Origin: an uncultured Staphylococcaceae bacterium
Lineage (GTDB): Bacteria > Bacillota > Bacilli > Staphylococcales > Salinicoccaceae
Direction of reading: 5' to 3'
Assembly (NCBI GenBank): GCA_964437955.1
Contig: CAYTIR010000005.1
Location: 1,366 to 65,365, forward strand
DNA length: 64,000 bases
Each line of letters starts with the position of its first letter. The stretch's first letter is position 1. The position numbers were made by a program, and so were the translations under genes. Below, piece by piece: positions 50,879 through 57,813 of the stretch. A model generated the notes under the pieces. That model did not search any database, was not told the DNA's origin, and saw only the letters and a program-made list of their open reading frames with translations.

Positions 50879-51064
50879 ATGAAAGTAAAATGTATTGAAA
50901 CTTTGCATCCCTTCTCAATATTCATGGATGAAATCATGAACGGCCTGGCCCCGGTCAATGTGGAGCTTGTCAGAGGCATTCTGCAGGGAATCAAGGAGGG
51001 GAAAGTCATCATCTTTGCGAGTCATCTTCTGGATAACTTCGATGACTATGCAGATCAGATCTAA
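50879..51064 (+). pseudogene. remnant of an ABC-transporter ATPase (Walker B to H-loop only)
   Basis: IFMDEIMNGLAPVNVELVRGILQGIKEGKVIIFASHLLDNF resembles LDEP.NGLDP...SH. There is no Walker A, no signature motif, and no credible start or RBS. Confidence 0.6.
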
Positions 51065-51346
51065 CCCCTGAATAATAAGGATGTCTACTATACGTATGAT
51101 CGGCAAAAAGAAACACGGGAGTATATTAAAGGGTACATCGAAGAATCACAGTTCAATCAGCTATTGACTAAAGAAGGGGAGCCGGAAATATACTGGAACC
51201 GCCCGCACAGATGGACGAAGCCCCTTCGAGTGGAGCGGACCGGGAAAATGCTGAGCCGGATAAGCCCAAAGTGATTGTCGATATCGGTGAAAATGATATG
51301 ATTGTTACAGAATGTCCAATTACTTTGAGAAAAGAGTGAATTTTAT

Positions 51347-51784
51347 ATGGAACTTTACAGATATGACAAACAGATGACAGCGTCCCCGGAAGAAATATTC
51401 AATGTAGTGAATGATGATGAAAAATTGAAGCAATGGAGTCCGATATTCGAAGGAAATGAGTATTTCACAGAAGAAGAGCGGGCGAAGGGGACAAAATTCA
51501 GGACAAAACTTAAAGTGTTGAATAAGACGTACAATTTCCGTTCGCAGATCACGGAGTATGAAGAAAACCGACTCGTCAAAGTGAGGACGACGTTAAAGCA
51601 GGGCATCATCACATCCATGTTCCAGCTGGCACCTTCCAGCAACAATGAAACACAGGTGACCGTGACCAGCAATTTCGAAGGGAAGGGCCGGAAATACAAT
51701 CTGATATTAAAAGGGGCAAAACCGGTAATCAAAAGAGTGCTGGACAGCCAGGTGAACAAACTCGAGCAGCTGGCAGTCAAATAA
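51347..51784 (+). CDS. SRPBCC (START/polyketide-cyclase-like) family protein
   Basis: 145 aa. ASPEEIFNVVNDDEKLKQWSP with alternating beta-strand pattern. Confidence 0.65.
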   Translation: MELYRYDKQMTASPEEIFNVVNDDEKLKQWSPIFEGNEYFTEEERAKGTKFRTKLKVLNKTYNFRSQITEYEENRLVKVRTTLKQGIITSMFQLAPSSNNETQVTVTSNFEGKGRKYNLILKGAKPVIKRVLDSQVNKLEQLAVK

Positions 51785-51804
51785 TCAGAGGAAGAGGTGT
51801 CGGT

Positions 51805-52602
51805 ATGAACATCAAAGTACTGCAGTTCAAAGTGGCATATGGTGATATCGATGCGAACATTGCCAAAGTAAAAGCCCTTTTTGAAAAAGAAAATCTTGAT
51901 GGAACAGATATCGTCGTCCTGCCGGAAATGTGGACGACCGGCTATGATCTGGCAAATGTGGACAGGCTTGCCTGCAGGAACCTCGAGCCGGCTAAATCCA
52001 TCATTTCGGAACTTGCGGTCCAGCATGATGTGAACATCGTTGCAGGGTCGGTTGCGAACAAGGTGGATGATACGGATGATGTATATAATACGGCATTCGT
52101 CGTCGACCGCGGAGGGGAACTCGTGTACCAGTATTCCAAAATGCATCTGGTGCCGATGCTCAATGAACCGGAATTCCTCACGGGCGGGGATGAGAAGGTC
52201 GATACGTTCAAATTGGAAGGGGAGACATTCGGCCTCGTCATCTGCTACGACCTCAGATTCCCGGAACTGTTCAGGGATCTGACATTGAAAGGCGCGACAA
52301 CAATATTCGTCGTGGCGGAATGGCCGCTTGCACGCAGGAAGCACTGGGAGACGCTGCTGGCTGCAAGGGCGATTGAAAACCAGTGCTATATCATTGCCTC
52401 AAACACCTATGGGGAAATAGTGGATGAGACATTCGCCGGACGCTCCATGATCATCGGGCCGTTCGGGGAGGCAGTGGATGAAGCGGATGATAACTCAGAA
52501 GCCACTGTAGCAGGGGAAACAGACGGCAAAGAGGTGGACAGGATACGTAAAGACGTTCCGATATTCGACAGCCGTAGAAAAGAGATGTACCACTTCTTAT
52601 AA
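51805..52602 (+). CDS. carbon-nitrogen hydrolase (nitrilase superfamily, omega-amidase/MtnU-like)
   Basis: Catalytic E (VLPEMW), K (YSKMHLV) and C (VICYDLRFPE). Confidence 0.85.
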   Translation: MNIKVLQFKVAYGDIDANIAKVKALFEKENLDGTDIVVLPEMWTTGYDLANVDRLACRNLEPAKSIISELAVQHDVNIVAGSVANKVDDTDDVYNTAFVVDRGGELVYQYSKMHLVPMLNEPEFLTGGDEKVDTFKLEGETFGLVICYDLRFPELFRDLTLKGATTIFVVAEWPLARRKHWETLLAARAIENQCYIIASNTYGEIVDETFAGRSMIIGPFGEAVDEADDNSEATVAGETDGKEVDRIRKDVPIFDSRRKEMYHFL

Positions 52603-53481
52603 ATGTTCTTGTTCTCCATTCCAAAATTCCATGCAGCAATCGATCAGGGAGAGCACTTCATCCGAGTGCTTTCTCTTTTTTAGTGTATTGATATAGATGG
52701 TCCGCTTGATTGAAGGTGTGATCTTTACGGAGTTCAGGCCTTTCGTGTTGAATGACTGGTAATACATCCTTGGGATGACTGCGTAACCCATATGCTGGTG
52801 CACAAAATTGGTGGCAGCTTCAAAACGGTCCACTTCGAGCACGATATTAGGGTGTATATTCATGAGTTGGAAATAATCATCCAAGTGTCTTCTGACCTGA
52901 TATTCTTTATTGGGTAGAATCAGTGGCAGATCTTTGATGGAAACTTCTTTTTGAGTCTGATACTCATCAGAAGGTGTGATCAGGACATAATCTTCATCGT
53001 ATAAAGGTGTAGACTCAATGTCTTCGTGCTTTACATGCTCGTTTGTCAGACCGATATGGATATCGAAATTCAGAAGGGAATTGACGATGCGGTCATGATC
53101 CAGAATCTCGAGCACCTGATAATGCTGACTGGGATATAGTCGGTCATGATTTTGAATCACCATCGGCACCCAACGGCTCGTGGACTCCAGAATGGAAATC
53201 TTTATCTTCGGGGATTGGCTGACATTCAGATCATACATTTTTTCCATGGTCTGATGATATTCATCAATCAGTTTTACAGCATGATGATAGAACTGGATCC
53301 CTCTTTCCGTTATCTTGATTGTCTTTGTAGTACGTATGAACAATTCATACCCCAGTTCATTCTCCATACGTTTAATGGTTGCCGTAAGCGACGGCTGACT
53401 GATATGGATCATCTTAGCTGCCTGTGTAAAGCTATTATATTTAACGACTGCGATAAAATATTCAAGCTGATGGATTTTCAT
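52597..53481 (-). CDS. LysR-family transcriptional regulator
   Basis: MKIHQLEYFIAVVKYNSFTQAAKMIHISQPSLTATIKRMENELG HTH. Its 3' end overlaps the nitrilase 3' end by 6 nt. Confidence 0.85.
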   Translation of the reverse strand: MKIHQLEYFIAVVKYNSFTQAAKMIHISQPSLTATIKRMENELGYELFIRTTKTIKITERGIQFYHHAVKLIDEYHQTMEKMYDLNVSQSPKIKISILESTSRWVPMVIQNHDRLYPSQHYQVLEILDHDRIVNSLLNFDIHIGLTNEHVKHEDIESTPLYDEDYVLITPSDEYQTQKEVSIKDLPLILPNKEYQVRRHLDDYFQLMNIHPNIVLEVDRFEAATNFVHQHMGYAVIPRMYYQSFNTKGLNSVKITPSIKRTIYINTLKKRKHSDEVLSLIDCCMEFWNGEQEHL

Positions 53482-54279
53482 AGTCATATCAATTCCTTCA
53501 TACATTTAAATGATTAATAAAGTGACATTCAATAACTTTTGGCTATATTTTAGCATATGATTTATAAGATGGTCGCTGAAGAAAGAGTAAAAGTCTAAGA
53601 TACTGTGAAGAATGACTTATTTGAATCTGATGAAGTTAGCCGGAGTTAATTTTGATTCCTGGCATAGAGGTAATCATATTTAGTAAATAAAATATTCAAT
53701 AATGAAGCGTATCATCTTAATGTATCTAATCGGAAATTTTGTATATTCATAGCATGGTAACAAAAACAATAATACAAATAAACTGACTGATAGGACCGAG
53801 GAATTATTGTTGACAAATTTATATACTGCATAAAAACCCTGCTTAATTTTAAATAAATGGATAAAGATAATTATACGAGTTATTGCATTATAAATTGAGG
53901 GTTATACATGATAAATATGAGTCTTGAAATTTTTCCAATAAACGGTTGTTTTTGAGACAGTAAATTATTTAGTTAAAAAAGCTCCAAATCATTGATATAT
54001 ACATCTCTAAAGATTGCTCAGAATCATAATTTTATATACCACCGTTAATAATAAGGTATCTCATCCATTAGCGATCCCTCTTTATTTTTATTCTAATTCC
54101 CTTTTGGTATGAACCAACGGAAGTTTTTTAATGTAATTAGATTTCTACTATTTTTATCTCAGAACTCTCATAAATGCTAAAAAGACACTATTCACATGTG
54201 CAAAAATTATGACAATTTTAACTTTTATGTATTCATTTTGAATTTCTTAATATATCTTGAAATTAAGGAGGATGTATAT

Positions 54280-54654
54280 ATGAAAAAAATTTTATTTGCT
54301 TTTTGTTTCTCTACTGTCGTGTGTTTAAGTTTGAATTTCGATTCTATCTCAGCTAACTCAATTCTAAGTAATGATTCTGCTGAAGAGGTTCTTACTCCAA
54401 GCTTAGAAAAAGAACAAGTTACAAAAAATGACGCAACTCCTTGGAGGATATGGCAAAATATAGGGCCTATTGATTATGAAGGAGAAACAAAATTTACAAC
54501 AGTTTATTATGAATCGTTAGATGGAAGTATAACTTGCTACTCTGGATACCTAGGTGGTAGAAGTATTGGGGGTACGACATTTATTTATGAAGGTTATTTG
54601 TATAGATGCGGGGACCCTAGACCCATTCCAGCCAAAATAGAGGATACCGAGTAA
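54280..54654 (+). CDS. small secreted protein, unknown family (paralog A)
   Basis: MKKILFAFCFSTVVCLSLNFDSISA signal peptide after an AAGGAGG RBS. C-terminal ...SGYLGG...YEGYLYRCGDPRPIPAKIED. Confidence 0.65.
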   Translation: MKKILFAFCFSTVVCLSLNFDSISANSILSNDSAEEVLTPSLEKEQVTKNDATPWRIWQNIGPIDYEGETKFTTVYYESLDGSITCYSGYLGGRSIGGTTFIYEGYLYRCGDPRPIPAKIEDTE

Positions 54655-55009
54655 ATGAAATTAAAATATTTTATACCATTCATTTTTGTTATTTCCTTTT
54701 TTTGGATTATTGGAGATAAAGAATTATATGCTTCAGAGGTGACCGATCAATCTAATTTTGATAATTCAATTTCTGTAGTTGAAAAAAAAAGAAAACACAA
54801 CACTTTCTACTTCTATGAGATATAGCTATACAAGAGAAGTACCTATAGATGGATATCTACCATCCCAGGAATGGATAACCCGTAGTGGTTACAGCGGATA
54901 TGTTTATAGGAATTATCTTGAATTAACGCGGAATAATACATGGAAAGCAACCTATACTGGTACTTTGTACAAACACGTAGCTCCAGTGAAAGTTGAAGAT
55001 AAAAGGTGA
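54655..55009 (+). pseudogene. small secreted protein paralog B, split by a frameshift at an A9 tract
   Basis: A signal-peptide ORF (MKLKYFIPFIFVISFFWIIG..., 54655-54825) changes frame at A9 (54782-54790). With 8 A's it reads through to ...SGYSGYVYRNY...YTGTLYKHVAPVKVEDKR (stop at 55009). The downstream frame has no RBS of its own. Confidence 0.6.
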
Positions 55010-55013
55010 TCAA

Positions 55014-55463
55014 ATGGAAAAGAAGACTTTTAGTTTGTTAATACTTTTAGTAATGATACTCGGTGCCTGTTCAAATAACACCAATGAGTTGGAGGGAGAA
55101 GTTTTCAGTGTTTTTTCATGGACGCCTGACATTGCTCCCGGAGACATATCATCAGATAATTTGAATCCTTCTTCTGGTTTAGAATTCGATTTTAAGTCAC
55201 CAGATAAAGTCGAAGTAAGATCAGGTGGACAAACATTTGAAGGAAATTATTCTTTGGAAAATAATATATTAAGTGTAGATTTGAAAGATGAGAATAATGA
55301 AGAGTCATTAGCATTAGAGATTAGTGATTTTACTCAACACGAACAAAATGAAAAATTATATACTGGAACCATTTCTAAGTTGGATATTAAAACTGATGGA
55401 CATCATAGAGTGGGCAGTAATCTTTCTTTGGATAGATACCTAGGATTTTATAAAAATAATTAA
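55014..55463 (+). CDS. lipoprotein, unknown function
   Basis: MEKKTFSLLILLVMILGAC lipobox after an AAAGGTGA RBS. The start lies 5 nt after the stop of the preceding frame. Confidence 0.7.
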   Translation: MEKKTFSLLILLVMILGACSNNTNELEGEVFSVFSWTPDIAPGDISSDNLNPSSGLEFDFKSPDKVEVRSGGQTFEGNYSLENNILSVDLKDENNEESLALEISDFTQHEQNEKLYTGTISKLDIKTDGHHRVGSNLSLDRYLGFYKNN

Positions 55464-56047
55464 GTTTTTAAATAGACAACAAATACCCTACACATTACAG
55501 TCTATTTAATTTCTATCCCATATTAGAATACCATAGAGTGTTAATGACATTTATGAAATGTAGAAAATTGGCAATTATAAATTGTTGGTTTTCTGCATTT
55601 TTTGTATGCTTCTCTCATCAATATAAAAAAACTGGTCGTTACTCCTTAAATTTTTCCCTCTTTTTCTAACTCTTCAAATCCTTCTACAAAATAATCTCTG
55701 TCCTTTAAACAAAAAATTTTATTTTCTGGGCCTTGAGGTAACTCTACTTCATTCAGAGGTTCGACACAGATAAAACATTGACCTAATATTTCTTTAATAT
55801 GGATATGGATACTATTAGAATGTTGATATCACTAGTTGCATTATCACTAAGGATGATTTGTATAGTTGTAAGGGTGATAACAGTTCTTAGAATGTATTTT
55901 TAAGACTGGCATTACATATTAATCGAGTATACATAAGCGATAGTTTTAGGAATGAATACTAATAAAAATTTCGCTTTGATATAATCTTGTTAAATAAGAA
56001 TTTAATTTGTTTAAAAACTTAGCAAGAGAAAGAGAGGTTAGATCAAA

Positions 56048-56581
56048 TTGAGAAAAGTCGAGGTAATCTCATATAATAAAAATTGGCCTTTGATGTATGA
56101 AAAAGAAGCAAAAAAATTACGTGATATTTTTGGGCCTGAAATAATCGAAATTTATCATATTGGTAGCACATCCGTAAAAGGTCTATCAGCAAAACCTGTC
56201 ATTGACATAATGCCTGTAGCTAAAGATATTGAGCGAGTCGACGACTTTAATACTGCAATGATTGATATTGATTATGAAGCCAAAGGAGAAAATGGACTTC
56301 CAGGCCGTCGTTTTTTTCAAAAAGGCGGAAGTGAACGAACTCACCATATTCATTTTTATGGGATAGATAACCCTGAAATCGATCGTCATCTTGCCTTTCG
56401 TGATTATCTGCGCACGCACCCTGACGCTGTACAAAAGTATGGCAACTTAAAAAAAGAATTATCCCAACGTTTTCCTTGTAATATTGAAGCATATATAAAA
56501 GGGAAAGAACAGCAGATTTCAGAGATAGAGAAAAAAGCGATGTATTGGTGCCAAGGGTTTAAAATTGATCAAGGTTATTAA
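56048..56581 (+). CDS. GrpB-family (UPF0157) protein
   Basis: YNKNWPLMYEKEAKKL...HIGSTSV.GL.AKPVIDIM...H.HFY...FRDYLR.HP. Confidence 0.8.
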   Translation: MRKVEVISYNKNWPLMYEKEAKKLRDIFGPEIIEIYHIGSTSVKGLSAKPVIDIMPVAKDIERVDDFNTAMIDIDYEAKGENGLPGRRFFQKGGSERTHHIHFYGIDNPEIDRHLAFRDYLRTHPDAVQKYGNLKKELSQRFPCNIEAYIKGKEQQISEIEKKAMYWCQGFKIDQGY

Positions 56582-56776
56582 AAGTGATAGGGGACACTAT
56601 TTAACTACTGAGACCTAACCTCTCATTTAAATGGAAAAGAAATCAGGTTTTATTACGTATTACAGATGTAAAAAAGCGATTAAAACATTGAAAATAACTC
56701 TGAAATTTAAAAGATAGCCCCTATAAATAATAAAAGGGCATTCCGGTTGTTATACCAGAAGGCCCTTTCCTCCGTC

Positions 56777-57529
56777 CTATTTCTTTTTTAACTTAATTCG
56801 ATAGGATAAGCATTCATCCAATGCTGTTATTTTTTGATAAACGCCTTTTTCAAAGTCCATCGCACCTGAGGGATAATAAGCAGTTATCTGTAATCCTGCT
56901 TTTTCGCAAAGGGTATAGATTTGATCAGGCGAGTAACAAGAAAGGGATTGTGTGATCGAATCCTTTTCTTGGCCACTTTCCCACCAAGTATCTGTCATTC
57001 TATTTTCCCCTTCGTCATAATCATACTTCCGTATAATATCTTTCGTGCCAAACGGGTACATCTCTTTCCCAGCAACTTTTTGCCAGTATAACGGTTGATA
57101 AATATCTATTAAGGCATATCCATTATCACTTAACCAATTGTAAATTCGTTGTAGTAACAATAACTGATCATCGTCATTCCCAACACCAAATCCATCAAGA
57201 TACAAAATTAAATCGAAGTCTTCATTTAACTTTACTGTATAAAAGTCGTCACATATCACTTGAACATTTGGATGGGCATACTTTTTCGCATATGCACAGA
57301 TCTCCTCGACCAATTCAACAGTGACTATATCTTTATTTTGACGGGCTAGTCCATTGGCTATCTCACCACGTCCTGCCCCCAATTCCAAAACTTTAGTGAA
57401 GGGGCGTCCTAATTGTTCGGGCAGTAGGGAGACTTCCTCTTCAAAAAAAGAACTACCTGGATAGTTGGGTTTGGATGTCATCATTTCAAATTGTCTCTTA
57501 TAATAAGTATTTTCCCAGCTTGATTGCAT
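56777..57529 (-). CDS. class I SAM-dependent methyltransferase, substrate unknown
   Basis: VLELGAGRGEIA motif I and LILYLDGFGVG. AAGGAGG RBS. Confidence 0.8.
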   Translation of the reverse strand: MQSSWENTYYKRQFEMMTSKPNYPGSSFFEEEVSLLPEQLGRPFTKVLELGAGRGEIANGLARQNKDIVTVELVEEICAYAKKYAHPNVQVICDDFYTVKLNEDFDLILYLDGFGVGNDDDQLLLLQRIYNWLSDNGYALIDIYQPLYWQKVAGKEMYPFGTKDIIRKYDYDEGENRMTDTWWESGQEKDSITQSLSCYSPDQIYTLCEKAGLQITAYYPSGAMDFEKGVYQKITALDECLSYRIKLKKK

Positions 57530-57537
57530 GACTTTTC

Positions 57538-57601
57538 CTCCTTGTATTTTTTTGTTTACAAGAAGTTTTTCAAGTTTCTGACTCCCATTTCTAACACCTC
57601 C
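57538..57601 (-). promoter_or_regulatory. 10-codon upstream ORF (MGVRNLKNFL) plus a hairpin sequestering the methyltransferase SD
   Basis: On the minus strand: GGAGGTG, 6 nt, ATG GGA GTC AGA AAC TTG AAA AAC TTC TTG TAA. CTTCTTGTA (the end of the upstream ORF) pairs with TACAAGGAG, which overlaps the AAGGAGG SD of the methyltransferase. Confidence 0.45.
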
Positions 57602-57644
57602 AAATAATTATATTATAGCTTATATGGCAAAGTGCCTACTATTT

Positions 57645-57684
57645 AAATCTCTGAGTATCTTAAAGACACTCAGAGATTTTTTTC
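57645..57684 (+). terminator. orphan plus-strand intrinsic terminator
   Basis: aaatctctgagt atcttaaagac actcagagattt followed by tttttt. There is no annotated plus-strand gene upstream. Confidence 0.55.
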
Positions 57685-57762
57685 GTTAATAGTTACTGAT
57701 ATCTATTAGAGTAATAGATATAGCGAAATATAAAAATCATCGTTTTAATTATTTGTTTTTAA

Positions 57763-57779
57763 ATACCCCTATAGGGTAT
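57763..57779 (+). promoter_or_regulatory. CsoR-type operator-like quasi-palindrome in the copB promoter
   Basis: ATACCCCTATAGGGTAT sits between a TTGTTT -35-like and a TATAAG -10-like hexamer, about 35 nt upstream of the ATPase start. Confidence 0.5.
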
Positions 57780-57813
57780 AAGGTGAGTAAGATAAATATT
57801 AGGGAGTGGTAAA

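Noticed and set aside
51355-52344. 329-aa ORF antisense to the SRPBCC and nitrilase genes
   Set aside because: It spans two well-supported plus-strand genes and their intergenic RBS. No family motifs are present and the composition is odd.
52597-52602. 6-nt 3'-end overlap of the convergent nitrilase and LysR genes
   Set aside because: The overlap is real but small and common. I could identify no regulatory structure there.
53870-53960. 15-codon ORF MINMSLEIFPINGCF with a GAGGG RBS as a signalling peptide
   Set aside because: There is no cognate Rgg/RNPP regulator or exporter nearby. In AT-rich DNA such short ORFs arise easily by chance.
54280-55009. Lactococcin-972-like or other named bacteriocin family
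   Set aside because: There is no recognisable sequence similarity, and no adjacent ABC or immunity membrane genes typical of those loci. It is kept only as a generic hypothesis.
56777-57529. Erm-type rRNA methyltransferase, suggested by the leader-peptide design
   Set aside because: The protein lacks Erm/KsgA hallmarks (for example the N(I/L)PY motif). Only a generic class I SAM methyltransferase call is justified.
53506-57800. Calling the AT-rich island a defined mobile element (IS, ICE or prophage remnant)
   Set aside because: No transposase, integrase or recombinase, no terminal inverted repeats and no tRNA target were seen. Only compositional and decay evidence is available.
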